A stretch of DNA of 59,790 nucleotides, filler included, from Sphacelaria rigidula (Eukaryota), in NCBI GenBank assembly GCA_964200075.2. It is 6 parts of 6 records of this genome, joined end to end, with 100 filler letters (N's around TTAATTAATTAA, not from the genome) between each part and the next. Parts side by side here need not be neighbours in the genome. Positions count along the whole stretch, not along the records: positions 29,950 to 39,830 come from CAXNAA020007562.1; positions 39,931 to 49,810 come from CAXNAA020007563.1; positions 49,911 to 59,790 come from CAXNAA020007564.1; 3 more parts are not named here. One strand, given 5' to 3'. Of the stretch, positions 38,800-52,510 are shown in pieces. Each line of letters opens with the position of its first letter. Position 1 is the stretch's first letter. The notes beneath the pieces were generated by a model. It ran no database searches, had not been told where the DNA came from, and saw nothing but the letters and a program-made list of their open reading frames with translations. A program made the translations under genes and the position numbers.

Positions 38800-39280
38800 A
38801 CCCCGTCTCACCTGAATTTTGCGAGGTCGACTTTGAAATTTGGTATAGAGGAAGAATAGGGCATGCTAAAAAGCTGTCGATCGGGACAAGCAGATTTTTC
38901 TGTCTTCCTGAGTAAGTGGCAATAATCAGTACCTATAATATTGTTCCGAATTTCGCCCGGCCTGGTTTCTAAATCGCCCCGTCTCACCTCAATTTTGCGA
39001 GTTGGACTTTGAAATTTGGTACGGAGTAAGAAGAGGGCATGCTAAAAAGCTGTCGATTGGGACGAGCAGAAATTTGTTTTCGTGAGTTTGTGGCGACAAT
39101 CAGTACCCAGATATCAGGAAAGTACCGTCAACTTACGAAAACAAAATCTACTCGTCCCGGTCGACAGCTTTTCAGAATGCCCTCTTCTTCCTCCGTGCCA
39201 AATTTTAAAGTCCAACTCGCAAAATTGAAGTGAGACAGGGCGATTCAGAAACCAGGCCGGGCGAAAATCGGAACAAAATT
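38800..39280. repeat. Foldback element: ~150-bp inverted arms (38939-39088 / 39130-39280) plus a partial tandem extra arm (38800-38900)
   Basis: ttcgcccggcctggtttctaaatcgccccgtctcacctcaattttgcgagttggactttgaaatttgg pairs with ccaaattttaaagtccaactcgcaaaattgaagtgagacagggcgattcagaaaccaggccgggcgaa. Confidence 0.85.
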
Positions 39281-41708
39281 TCCAGCCCATTTTTACCGAC
39301 CCAGGTTTGGTACTTGTGTTTTGAATCTTCAGTGTGAGACCTCGCTAGGCCATAACTAACTGAAAAAAATGGGAAAGGTTGACAGATACGTATTTTTTCA
39401 CTTGTTTAGGACGTTTTAGTATAGTCAAGACCTTATTTTCACAAGAACGCCCACCCCTCCCCCAAAAAATAAAGAAATAGTCCATTTTTTTTTTCTTCGC
39501 TATGCTTTCGCGATTCTCCATGATGAGTTTTAAAACTCAATTCTTGAGTTGAGCTGAAGACTGAGATGAATCCCAGAGTATTGTCCATCATCCCTCAAAA
39601 CTCCCCCCCTCCCAAATGGGAAAAAAATGGGGAAAAAATGGAAATAAAATGGGAAACAATCCCCCCGAAAAACGATGGGGTTTTTTTCATTATGCACTAG
39701 CGAGTCTCCATAGGAAATTTCAAAGCACAACTCTCAAATACTGAGACGCAATATCCGGATTTAGTGCATTAACCCTTTGAGAACCCTCCCCTCCCGTCCC
39801 CGGGCCAGACGCCTCATTATGAGAAGCCCTNNNNNNNNNNNNNNNNNNNNNNNNNNNNNNNNNNNNNNNNNNNNTTAATTAATTAANNNNNNNNNNNNNN
39901 NNNNNNNNNNNNNNNNNNNNNNNNNNNNNNGACTCACTTAAACCGAATAATCAAAGCCACTCTCAATCGTATCATCTACTCTCAATCTCACGAAAACACT
40001 GTTATTGATGACGTCCACAAATAAGCGCTGTTGAGACACAATACAAGATGTGTTGATCGTGGACTGCGTTTGGCATGTACGTCACCGGAGAGGGAACGAG
40101 GGAAAATATGGCATACAGATGTACTGGATTGTGGCTGTCCGAAGGTATCTGGGCCTTACACATGCCCCGTCCTTTCAACAAGATGATTCTCTCTTGTTTC
40201 CACTTCAGTGACTCTTGGTGAAACTGCTATTCCAAGACGAGGCTCGCAAACTAACTGTCAACTCTTTGGGCACACCAAGCCTCTTCCGGAACATCATCAC
40301 GGAAATAACTTTTGCGCCGGTATACCTGAGCGAGACATGAGATGAAGTCAGCACCCAACTCTACGGCGTTCGCGACGATGATCCAATGAGAGTCTGATTA
40401 CATCTTTCCTTTTACCAGTCGAACCCGTAAAACGAAGTGGGTGAGACACGGCTGCTGCTGCGTAATCTCAGCAGGTGGTTTGTATATCACTTGCCATGCT
40501 TCGGGTTTAATTCGCCAGCAAATTTCAATACTTATTTGACTTGACAGCGCGCAGCTTGCGACCGACGGCACCAGTCTTTTCCCTCCGACAACCGAGAGCA
40601 CCATGAACGGAAAACGGGGAAACCCTCCAAAATATTTTCAGGGGGGTCGGGGGGCATGAGGTCATCCGCGTGAAAGTCATTGGTCGGCTTTAGGTCAGGG
40701 AAGGCACTGTTTTGAAGTTGAACCTTATTTTGGAAGATAATCTGTTCTTTCAAAACCCCAAGTATGCTCAGCGCTTTTAACCGCGGGGGTGGGTCATCTT
40801 AGTCTCACATCCATTTTTCGCGGGAAAATAATGCCCGTTCAACGGGTGAACCGCCCTGGCAACGAGTTGACATTGTCGCACTGAGCGAAATATCGCGCGA
40901 GCACAATACATCTTCAGTTGGAGAGAGAGACGAACAAGGAACCTCAAACCTGCTGCTCCTAGAGTACTCAAATAACCATCAGTCAAACAATCGATCTATA
41001 CGTGCCACAAATACGAAACATACACCTCCTCTGTCGAAATAATTTACTGCTTTCGGGGGGTGATGATATCCGGCGACTGTGCTCCTGCATGGCACCGCGA
41101 GTGGAGATGAGATGCCAAATGTAGCACATAGACCAAAGTCGTTCATATACACCAAGTCCGCGACAGGCGCCCTTGTTCGCAGAGCACAGACACGATCTTT
41201 CGAGGATAATGCCACGTGAATACCTCCTGCTTGAAATTTCCCATGGAGAGTGAACCGTTGTTTCGGCTGCGCCTGTGGGGCCCAAGTTTAGGGCGTAAAC
41301 TCAGGCTAAAACATACGTACGAGGCCTGAGACACTCTCTTCAATCGTCTCATTGCTCCCTTTGCCATCACACCTCCAGGGGAGAACGCCATCTGGGAATA
41401 CTGCGGATTGGAGTATGTGCATGATTTTTTCCTACGGTGGTACGGTAGATACCCCAATAGTTTTGGTGGTCAACGGGCTGACGTCACCATTGGACGCGTT
41501 CCTGCAAGCTATTTCCACCTGCCCCCTCAGCAACAACACCAATCATCATCGCCATCATTATCGTGGCGGTGGTTCAACGACCAGCCCTGTGTGGCTCGAG
41601 AGCAGTAACACATGTGCTGGTCCGGATTCCTCCATCATCACCACCCAAGCAGCTCTGCCCACTCCCAGCCATCAGCTTTCCTTGGCATACCACTCCCATG
41701 ACCCAGCA

Positions 41709-43903
41709 TCATTCATCCTCACTATCCCCACTATCATCACTGTCAGCGTCATCACCATTATCCCGTGTGTCTCCCTTTGGTTCTTCGCAGTTACCTGCGC
41801 TCTCCTCTTCATCTTGTTGTTCTGACTGCTCGTCCGCCACGGCCGCTGTTGAGGCCGACGATGGCAACTCGAGTTGCTCTGCCGCCGCCTCCGCCGCCAT
41901 GCCTACGGCCGTCTCAAACATACTCGAAAACATCCCCTCGCTGCTGTCAACATTGCCATCATCGTTTATACTACGGCTGCCACCGCTGTCGCCCGTAGCG
42001 CCCTCGTCCGTGCCGTGTTGTCCTTCGTTTTGAGGAGGAAGAGGGGCCTCAGGATCCGGGGGCAGCATGTCGTTTCTAATGCACGGTAGATGGGGGTGCA
42101 TGGCGCAGCGACGAGCCACAAGGGTTTGAGAAAGAGGGGCGGGTAGGTGGGTGGATGGGCTGGGTGGCGGGGCGTCACCAGTATATGTTGAAACTGGGTG
42201 CAAATCCCCTTCACGGCGTCGAATATACTCCCACGCTGTAGCCCATGGATGACATAGGAGGTTGGGCAAGGATACGATAATTGCTCACGCCGTGCGTCGC
42301 AAAATCGGTATGATAAAAACACACAGAGTACCATCTTATGGCTGTGTGCATAAAACTAGCTCGACCACGCTTGAACTTTGTACGAAGCGCGGGCATGTTC
42401 ATTTTTGCCTTCGAATATCGCCGGCATATGTACTATGACGGAAGCTCACGCGGTTGAATTCGACGTACGTCGTATTTTGAAGCAAAATCTGACTTTCACC
42501 GTTCAATGCGTGAGGACATAAGCAGCATTTTTTTCTTGACGTTAGTTGGCGGGGTGCGGAAATGCTTTGATCCAATTCGCGATACCTAAATGCCAGGCAG
42601 GGTACCGAGAGAGAAATGGGCAATCCCTTGAGACCACGGACTCGTCCCGATGAAGGCGAAGGAGTCAGGTGTACGACGACATAAAATATTCCGAAATTAC
42701 ACAAACAATCAGTGGATACAACAGTCAAAGTACCACACCCTGGACAATATAATACACGGTCGAAAAGTGTACTGCGTACAGTATCGACTATTGCGCATAT
42801 TGCAACAGACGACAGATCCCATACTGTACGCAGTGCATTTTTTGACGACATAATCTCTTGTCCAGAGTGTGCGAAGTACGTCTCGTGCGCGCACCGGAGC
42901 AAGAAGTCGGCAATCCAGTCAGAGGCTCCCTCGAGGCTCTCCCACAAACCCCCCTCGCGTACCATGTACCAGAATGACTCCTCCACGGACCCCGCCTTGT
43001 AGGTGACAATCTCGTCAGCGTGTTCGACCACCTGCAAAAATGGCACGTACAAGACAAAGCAAGACAAACCATGAAAAACACTAAGGACAAGAGTTGCAGA
43101 CCATTTTGTCGTTCACTCCGACCTTGCTTTATTGGCCGCTAGATAACCAGATTGCCGTTACTGAGACCGGGGAATCAGAAATTAGTACAGGGTCAAGCTG
43201 TATTGGCAATGTATCGTGTGAGTCGTACTGTGAGCAAAGGAGGAAGCTGGCGCAGGTGTCACGAAAACAGAAATTTCTCCAGTGGAGGAACATGCCGATT
43301 AGGGTAGAGTATTTTGTCTCCTGATTCGCAGGTGTTGAGAGAAAAAAGCGATCGAGGACTCGGCGCCCCGAGGTACAACAGCAACTAAAACGACTGGTGA
43401 AAGTGTGATGCGTATGAAATGAGGGTCATGTGGCAAATACACCACCAGATGACACACAACTGTCTTGTTGTTGTGAGACCCCAAAACGAGTGACAAGAAG
43501 GAAACCTTGTAAATCAACACATCCTGCAAAATGTTATGAACATCGTGCGTGACAGCATGGCTGTACACCGCGGTATCAAGAGTCATGGAACTCGCGTGCT
43601 TTGTCCCCACATCAACATCCACACGGGGATACACTGCACGGGCGACACGATGACAACCAACAGGCGGGTTCAAACACGGGTAGATCTGCATGATGTACCT
43701 CATCGAAAATCTCTCGGTGGGCAATATACCATGCCACGAACGGATTAGCCTTGCAGGCAACAGCCAAGGCCTTATCCGCAACATCTTGCCCCGAGCCTTT
43801 CTCCTCCAGAACGGACCAAGCGACGAACTCTATCGCGGCTAGTGACCACGACATCTCGCACCCTCGATCGTTGGGAAATCTGAGGCAGGCGAGACAGGCA
43901 CAC

Positions 43904-43942
<39 letters not shown>

Positions 43943-44557
43943 TAGCAGCAGGCGAAATCGCTCGACTTGCTTGCACAGAGGTGGGGGGGAATGAAAAAGA
44001 GCTCACCACGTGAAAAGCAAACAGCCCAAAAGACATGACTCAGTCTTTCAAAGTACGGACGATAACAAGAAGAGGGCAAAAGTCATCGCGAGTGTGGGTT
44101 ATACGTATCTTTGAATTCAGGTCCAATGGTGGATGCGTGCGTGCGTACCCATGTGTGTTATTTCTCCATGTAGTACAATAGTACAGAAGGTGTTATTACA
44201 GCAAGAGACCGTTCCGTTTTCCAATCGTGGAGCTGTTCTTTGGTGGGCGTTTGTCGCATGAGATCGGAGATGGGAACGCGCGCGGGGCAGCAAGAAGCGA
44301 CTCTTCGGCTCTGTATCGGTGGAACACGGAACGCGCGGGGCAGAGATTTTGGCAAACGAAGTGGATGCGTGCACTTGCGCTGGTGAAAACATGCGCCATT
44401 CTTGTTTATTGCTACCTTCGTCGTGCCATCTTCCGTAGTTGTCGCTCACCACTTTCAGGTATTTACCGAAGTGCAAGTACAGGCTGGGGGGGGGGGGGGG
44501 GGGGGCAGCACGTGACGTTNNNNNNNNNNTGCTTGTCTGTCTCGGACTGTTGTGTGT

Positions 44558-44598
<41 letters not shown>

Positions 44599-47500
44599 GG
44601 GGGGGCGAACTAGACAGTTTCAGGCACACCTGCAGGGTGTGTAGTCACCCGCAGACATTTCGCCGTGTTGATCAATCAAATGACCTTGTTCGGGGCGGTT
44701 TTCATGCTGTCTGCAGTCGTGCGTGAATTTGTCCGAAAAATGGCTCGCACAGACCTGAACTTGATCGCTTCCCAAACGTTCGCATCCTACTCATGCAGCA
44801 CTATAGACCGACCTTGTAGCACAGTTTCGACCGGTGAGATCACTCCTTCATGTGCCATACCTATCGATCAGAGCGCGAGCCTTGTCGGCCTCGCCACCGT
44901 CCATTCGCAGTCGCACCAGTCCTCGGCGTGCTTTCACATGATCCAGAGGATCAAGTTCCAAGCACCTGGTTTGACAGGAAACAGTCAACACCAAAACACT
45001 CTCGTGTTTCAAACTTCCGCGCCAGGCGACGGGGTGTTCCGCCAAAAGTATAAACTCGGTAAAAAAGGGGAGTCTATGGGGGGGAAACGGCCAAGGTGGT
45101 GAGTATACAGTGTGGGTTCAGAGCGCGGTGAACAACGCACCCAATGCACGAGAAAGTGGAACAAAAGTCCACGAAACAACAGCACTTCGGCCGCTTCATA
45201 TCGAACGACGCATATGTACACTCCACATGAGCCCGTTACGAACCAATTCATGTGTTGAACAATGACACCGGCACGTTAGTAAGGGGTACCCTGCCCTACG
45301 AACGCCAATGACCAGCAGTAATGAAATCCTCATGAATAACCTTTTGCATACACGCATTTGTTCGTGTTTGGATGGCCCCGGACCTCCATGGATCGAACGC
45401 ATTTCGCGGCGTGCTTTGTTATTCGCTGTCACGGCTTTTCCCACGATGTTGATCGCAACGCGCTCACGGCTAACGTCTTCAAAAGGACCGAACTTTGAGT
45501 AAAAAAGTTTGGCTTCTTCGAAAACCAACAACGATTGTTCCAATTTGAGGAAGGAACGGAAAACACGAGAGGGGATTAGGACATGCACACATTCGGCGAT
45601 TTACGCCTGTTGTTGTCATCATCGTAATAGAAACAAAATTACCACGGCGCATGATTTCTCAACATGAGACTGGAAAACGACCGATGCTCAAGGCAGCACG
45701 CGCCTTACTACATTACACTGAGCAGCGCCCAGGTGAAGGGTCATAAAATTTGTGCGGGGTAGTCTCGCCTAGAAATGAGCAAATTCAGTTTTTTCAAATG
45801 TGAATCGAAATAGCACCCCGCATCATCTACCGCAAGGCCACCCACATCCTCACAGTCCGGCATGATTTACCGTCCCATAACACACCTCTCGTATCGATCC
45901 AGCGCCTCCTTGACCTGGGAATCCTTGCCGCCGTGGTGGAGCGCTTGAGCCAATTGATGGTTCAGATCTGAGAAACACCATCGGCGGCGTGATTTGAAAA
46001 ACGCGAGTGCGCGAAAACATAGCTGAAAACTCAGACAGCCATCAGCAGTGGCGAGATACACTGATATTTATCTACTTGTTGTAAAGAAGCTGGCATGGAT
46101 GGTGGACACGCGCAGCGCTAGCTTGGACTTAGCAGACCTCACGACGGAATACTGTAGATGTCCCGCCTTACTTACCCCCGTGGTGCTGAGAGTCAAAACT
46201 CGCTTTTTTGCCGTCATCCCATCCCGCGGTTCAGTACTGGTGAATGCGAATTGGGGTCTCAGGCGAGAGAGGCGGGGTGCTCTACATACTACCAAGATAA
46301 ATTGCTTTCCAGAAGAAATGGAGTCTTGAGATGAACCAACAAAACATACTGTCCGTACGCATATGTACATGTGTCTCGGGGGTGTTCATGTTCCACTGTG
46401 AAAAGTAAGATGGAGTCTACCAACAACCCCGTATTTTGACTTGTCGATGTCAGTTTCCACCAAGCAGAGACTACCGTGCTAAGGTGCCTATGGTGGGGTA
46501 GGGTCCGAGAAGGTGTACTCCGCAGTGACAGACCCCCCAGGCAATCCAGACTGCTCAGCTTTTCCGCGCCTGATTCTTCAGGTACTCGGGAATACTCAGT
46601 ATTTTCAGCAATGGATACTCCAGGTATCCGGGAATACCCAGCACTCTCAACATCCTATCCTAAGCACCTTCGCTACCTTGTTGAGAAGCCGATTGAAACG
46701 AGTAAAGCGAACACACGCCATGTGGGACACAGGTGGACAAAAGACTCACCAAGATACTCCCGACACGCCTCTGGTCCTTCGTAGAATGCTTTGTCTTTCC
46801 CTCCTAGCTTCTCGAACAAGTCCTCGCCAGCCTCCCAAGGCTCTCTCTCGTTCACGAGCTCGGTGCCTCCCGCCCCGGGAAGGCTATCGGCGGGCCTTGC
46901 TGCCCCCGTCAGCCGCCAGTGGGAGGTGTCAAGGTCGTAAAAGTCTCGCCTTCTCCTCTGCCGCAAGTAGAAACAGCGAATCACCAGGAACCACGAAGGA
47001 GTTTTCGCTTTTGAAGGAACAATGGAAGGATATTGTGTGGCTTGGGGGGTGGGGAGGTGGAAGGGAGTTACCCTCCCCGACCTCTCGGGCACAACAAAGG
47101 CTCCTCATCTCGACCAGGGATCTTCAGTTCAACAAGGGGAGTGCCTTGGAGCGATCAAATAAATAGAGTACGCTCAACTGATACAAGAGCAAGCAGCCCA
47201 AGCACGAAATTTCGGGTAAATAGAGAGAGGAAAAATTGCGGTATGCTCAGAGATCAAAATGCGATCGTTGTATAACGACTGACGCTAGCACAATCATATG
47301 AAGCTTGGAGATGGAGGGGGGGAAGGGGGGGGACCATGCTTGTGCTTTCGAAACTCGAACGTTTACCCAATTTTCGAAAACTGCAATTGGACTTCTGACT
47401 TTCTCTTTCGCATATTCTACCGAGGTGCATACCACGACATTTCCAATGAGAGAGTATTTTTCGTGTGTTGCTATATGTAGTAGAAACAGACGGAAACGAC

Positions 47501-48649
47501 TCTCGAGAAAAAATGAATTACGGTCACTCTGGGAGCGGTGCATGCCTGCATATTTACAACGACTCGACGCCAGGCAATGAACGAGAGATTGCGGTACACC
47601 TCCAACACTTCCCCAACGACAAGCAAAGATATCAGAACCACGGTCAAGCGAAACGGCCGCCGACACGTATCTCGTACCTTACGCTTGAGCTCTGGGTCTA
47701 GGGTTTCCACAACCTTGGGCGGCCTATAGTCGTGCAGGAGCTCTTCCTGCTTGGACACCAGCCGCTCCAAACGAGCCAGCTAAATAGGGCACCGTCGGCG
47801 AAAATGTAACGGTAGCAAGAAAGATAGAGGGATGATGAAAATGAGGAGTGCTCGTATGCAGCTTCGGGTGTAGAAAGCCGCCGAGGACGCCTCGAAACCA
47901 ATGGGCTCCGCGCCGTTCAGGTGAATTTAAATCAAGGAAGTGCAGAGCTGAAGCCAAGTACATGCAAACGTGCAGGTAAAATTCAACTCCACCCTTCGAG
48001 TGTGGCGAATACATCGTGAATCCAGATGTGCAGTCAGCTAGCTTACTCTACCCACCCGAGCAGTTCGTCTATTCTAAGAATGCACCGCGATGTAGCGCAT
48101 CCCACCAGGCATGGCAAAATTCGTCGTAGTTTCGTAGCCGAGAACATACGGACACGTGATCAGCATTTTATTCCTGTCCCTCGCCACAAGCAGCACGAGA
48201 GCATAGCACCATGCTATCGCCAACGACCGAAATACCAGTGCTGATGGAGTACGAAAAATCACTCTTGAGCGGTGAAGCTTGTCCTTCGGGTCCGCGTTTC
48301 GCCCAATTTGTCCCCTTACAGAGCGATCCGTGATATCGAGCGCGGGTGATCTGCGGTACAATGGACATCTCCGAATGCCCTGCAGTCGAAGGGTCGGAGC
48401 CGCGCCGTGCTGGTGTCCGAACCAAAGATGACGACACTGTACCGACGTGTTTACTGTAACATAATACTCTTGCCGAGGGGCACAGCAATACAGCACACCT
48501 CAAGTCGGCGCTTGTTGACGTGCTTGGTTACTTTGCCCTCGTGTCCGGTGAACGCTTTCTTGGTCAACAGCGGCTTCTTTCCCAGTTTCCGGCGCTTGGC
48601 GGCTCGTTTTGCGGCCCGCTCTTCCTCTCGCCGTCGTAGTCTTTCTCCT
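41709..48649 (-). CDS. Multi-exon gene (5' end not found) for a ~440+ aa helical TPR/ST7-like protein with a basic N-terminal region and acidic C-terminal tail; exons 48649-48499, 47779-47678, 46957-46750, 45967-45886, 44965-44861, 43879-43699, 43031-42895, 42075-41709
   Basis: All seven introns are GT-AG with matching phases. The continuous translation is ...RRREEERAAKRAAKRRKLGKK...LARLERLVSKQEELL...RRRRDFYDLD...LAQALHHGGKDSQVKEALDRYERCLELDPLDHVKARRGLVRLRMDGGEADKARALIDRFPNDRGCEMSWSLAAIEF...ALAVACKANPFVAWYI...GSVEESFWY...WESLEGASDWI...GMFSSMFETAVGMA...DSEDE*. The family assignment is by motif resemblance only. Confidence 0.85.
43905..43951. repeat. (CAG/CTG)n trinucleotide repeat in intron just upstream of the 43879 acceptor
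   Basis: About 15 near-perfect CAG units on +. Confidence 0.95.
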
Positions 48650-49558
48650 CTGACAGTTAGGAAAAAAATGAAGACGAATCAAAATGCAAATACGCACACA
48701 AGACACAAGATTCGCCGGTGAAGAATTAAGACAACGATGTCGTTTAGGTCAGCTAGCCGAGCCTCTGGATATTATTCGGCACACGACACCGTTTGCACGG
48801 AAGCCTTGGGTGAGTTTTCCTGTTTCCTTCGAGGATTTTCTTTCAACAAGAAAAGTGCAGTGTGCTGGCTGCTGAGCTGGCGGTTGCTTTAGACTCGAAA
48901 CACATTGCTGTTGTGGGTTCCATCATACACAAGACTGTAGTGGGGCTTGGAGGTTGTTACCCAGAAACAGGCCTACATAGCATCTTGTACACGCTACTTC
49001 TTGAGTGCCCATTCAGGATTTTGAAAAAAAAGTTGTCCTCGCGGATTTCTTGGTGCATATCACTTCGTTCCTGCGTTGCAGTTTTCTTGCATGGAACCCA
49101 AATCGATCACTACATTCGATTGCTTACAGCCGTAACACCCGGACAAGGAGAAGCAAAAAATAACTCCTGCGAAGGAATGCGTACATAGCACTGTCTCGCA
49201 AACTTCTGGTGTTTTGTGCATGGGTTGCATGAAAAACTGATCGAACTTGACACTCAGCGTCGCGGGCAGTGTAACCGATAATGACTACATGCAGGCATTA
49301 GATGAGTCGACCTTGTGTGTTCGGCATGGCTTCCAGGTTGCCGAAACCGAGAGCGTCGAATTTTTAAGAAGGCTGTCTTTGCTGCCCCTGTCGTTAAACT
49401 CTTCCACGCCCGCATTCACGCAATTGAATGTTGCCGAGCTAAACCCTAGTGCATGTTCGGTATCGCTTGATCTGCTGGACACATGCGGAATCTGTGGAAA
49501 GATGAAAATTCTAGACTAGACTGTTATGGGGGTGATTGCGGCCCAATTTTGGGCACTA

Positions 49559-49810
49559 TGTGTGTGTGTGTGTGTGTGCCTGTTGTCGTCCCATCTATTC
49601 TGGACGCCGGTCTACACCTTTCGGTACATGTGGGCGCACCAGCCGGGGTTACACAGGAGGAGGGTCAATACAGGGGCTTTTCCTCATTTATTTGTTTTTG
49701 ATACCCCACCTTCCTTCTGCGGTGCTTGCCTTCATTTGTTATCGCGAGAGGGGTTCAGCACTCCCTTTCCCTCGTCGACTGTTGAGTCGAATCTTGTGTA
49801 CCCACGACAT
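49559..49810 (-). mobile_element. SINE body and 3' part with (CA)n tail; related copies at ~20060-20172 (+) and ~57765-57840 (-)
   Basis: gtcccatctattctggacgccggtctacacctttcggtacatgtgggcgcaccagccgggg is shared with 51000-51210, 57775-57840 and the reverse complement of 20065-20140. It abuts (TG)n. Confidence 0.75.
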
Positions 49811-50997
49811 NNNNNNNNNNNNNNNNNNNNNNNNNNNNNNNNNNNNNNNNNNNNTTAATTAATTAANNNNNNNNNNNNNNNNNNNNNNNNNNNNNNNNNN
49901 NNNNNNNNNNTCCCTCAAAACTTGAGAGTCGTTTGAATTGGGTGGATGAAGTTGAGAAACATTAACTTTTTAGCTTTCATACCCGTTGCGAACTTCGGTC
50001 GGGAGTATATACCGTAGCAACGAAAGCTAGCTATTATCGGGTTTGCCTGCCGTACTACCGACAGCGTTGCGTGTAAGCCACAAGACCTTTGCTGTCGGCG
50101 GCTGATGGCGTGAGTCTCGAAGGCAAGGACAAGTGGTTAATCCTAGAGCACTCTCGTCCCAGCTTGTAATGCATGACCTCCTCACATTGGAATGATTCTG
50201 AAAAGCTACTCGCACTGTACCGAGCTAGGTGTTCACGCGACCAGTGTGTGCTCCAGATTGCAGCATGGACGGACTCCTATGCGCCACGCTAGCAACAGTT
50301 AAGTCACCACCGTACGTATCGCTTTTCACTCCGCATGTCAAAAAGGTCTCTACAAGTGTTTGGTCTCTCCTACACCCCCCTCAACTAGCGTGTGGCACGT
50401 TGTTCTCGTCGGGATCCAGAGGGTCAGATGTGGGTAAAATCAATAATGAATAACACCCCCCCAAGTTCAAATTGAATATATTTGTTATGGCCGCACCACC
50501 GTCCTTGCTGGCATGTGTGTGACAGAGAACAGTAGTAGCGGTGACAGGAACATTGCCCTGTTTCTCAACGACATGTTTTTCAGCGCACAGAGGCGCGTCC
50601 TGTCCAAAATGAGAGGCAGAGAGAAATCGATCTTCGCGTTCGTGAGCTCGACAGGCAATTGTAAGACGAGAGAAAATCTCTCCGCAGCTCGATGTTTTGG
50701 CACATGAAAAAATTGGCACATGCTGGTGTAATGACATCGATGATGTCAATCTCTCGAGACTTTGGTAATCACCGAGCGAGGACACACAACGGACACGGGC
50801 GAGGAGCTTCCTCTCTGTCGTTGCTTCTCTCTCTGGTGATACCGTCATCGACACGCGTGTACACCACATTCGTTAGATGCACCTAGCCACAGCTGCTCAA
50901 CTGCTGCGGATATTTGGGGGGAAGATGGCTTCGCTCGGTCGTAAGTGTTTCGCGTCATCCCTGCAAGAAATAAATGCCACTTTAACCTCATTTTTGA

Positions 50998-51325
50998 GAT
51001 GGACCCCATTTTCCAGGATCCACTGTTATATGTGGACGCACCAGCCGTGGTCACACAGGAAGGTCAACACAGGAGGGTTTTATTTCGTGTTTGTTCTTAA
51101 TACCTCACCTTCCTTCTGCGGTGCTTGCTTTTTGTTTTATCGCGAGAGGGGTACATCAGTCCCTTTCCCTCATCGACCGTTGAGTCGAGTTTTGTGTACC
51201 CACGACATGATCACTCTCAACTGTTGGGCATGGTGTGAGAACAGTCCCAGATGGCTCTGAGATTTGAACCCAAGACCCAACCGTCAGAAGGTTTAGAGGT
51301 CACGAACTGAGCCACCGGGGCGACC
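50998..51325 (-). mobile_element. tRNA-derived SINE, near complete
   Basis: The reverse complement begins gtcgccccggtggctcagttcgtgacctctaaaccttctgacggttgggtcttgggttcaaatctc (A- and B-box-like). It continues into the body shared with 49559-49810. Confidence 0.75.
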
Positions 51326-51439
51326 CGCAGTCGAAAGACCAATTGTATATGTTGGCCGGGCAACAAGTGTGCAGTCTGAGGGTACTATTATGTAGTACGC
51401 CGGAAATGTATCGCAATATGCCAATATTATCAACTAGTA

Positions 51440-52510
51440 TATATTGGAAACGTATTGTATTATCCAGGTGTGGTATTTTCGGCTCTACACCCTGCGTACC
51501 CTGGGTACCCCTTGTACGCATGACATATGATCAGTACTTCAGCTACACCCCCGAGCAGTTGGGGGGGTCGAGTATTCGAGGCACCCGGGGATAGTGATGA
51601 GTACTTTCGACAGCAGATACTCTGGATACCCAGGTGTGGATGCCTGTCAGTTTAGATATATGGTGGTGTTATATACCGTCATGTAGCTGAAATAGATCGA
51701 CTCGTTGTATATGTATACAGTAGCGCATACCGCCGAACTACGTCCCTGCAGTATTGAGGCCACCACACGTATCCGCACGGTATGGTGCTGTCCTGCACGG
51801 TATCGCGTACCCTCCAGTACAGCACCATACCGTGCGTATTGTTGTGATCATATTCCCTGCAATCTTGTTCTTGTCGTTCTTGTTTTTGCATCGGTGTGCC
51901 ATCTTGTTAATCGCGGCACTATGGGGGGGGCAAAATGATGAGGTTTCAACATTTTTTGCTGCCTCTCGAATCCCATATGCCGATTACGGTACAGTACGTG
52001 GAGCTTGCACAGCAGAAGCTGTTCGCAATGAGTTGTGTTCTTGCCCAATTTCGGGATAGACTGGCGCGCAAAATGAGGATTCATCTCGAACAGCTTCTGC
52101 TGTATAAATAATTCTTTAGATTTTGTAATGAATAACTTGGAATTTTCGAACTGGAAGTTCCTCCATAGGGTTTCTTACGGTACAGTGTGTCGAGGAAACA
52201 CTATGCAGACTGCTGGTAGAGGTACTTGTTTGTGCAAACCCTGTGCAGGGTTGCTGAACCCTGTAGAGATGTCCTACAGGGTGGTATCTGTCCACGTGTG
52301 ATGTTACTCCGTACTTCGGGCCCCACAATGGGTGTTTGGACGTGGGGTACCCGAAGTAACCTGTGGTACTCAGCACCTGTGACACTTAGTACCCTGGGTA
52401 CCCTGCGATAATGAGTATTACCGACAGGCCGTGCCCTGTACACCCTGGAACACGGCGTGCTTTCAGAAGTCGACGCCTTCGATACCCTGGGGTATTGGAA
52501 TTGCAAAAAC
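51440..52510. repeat. Dispersed GGTACC/GTACTC-rich low-complexity repeat family (two patches, ~51440-51660 and ~52320-52510; also ~32010-32230 and ~46570-46665)
   Basis: Recurrent accctgggtaccc, gatactc and gggtatt motifs in four places. Confidence 0.55.

Noticed and set aside
29069..41700. Third RPS26 exon (expected N-I-V-D/E...)
   Set aside because: No acceptor followed by a matching sequence was found. It is probably lost at the 29850 gap, so I do not call the gene a pseudogene.
43751..43945. PolyQ/polyA/polyC ORFs
   Set aside because: They derive from an intronic CAG microsatellite next to a real minus-strand exon.
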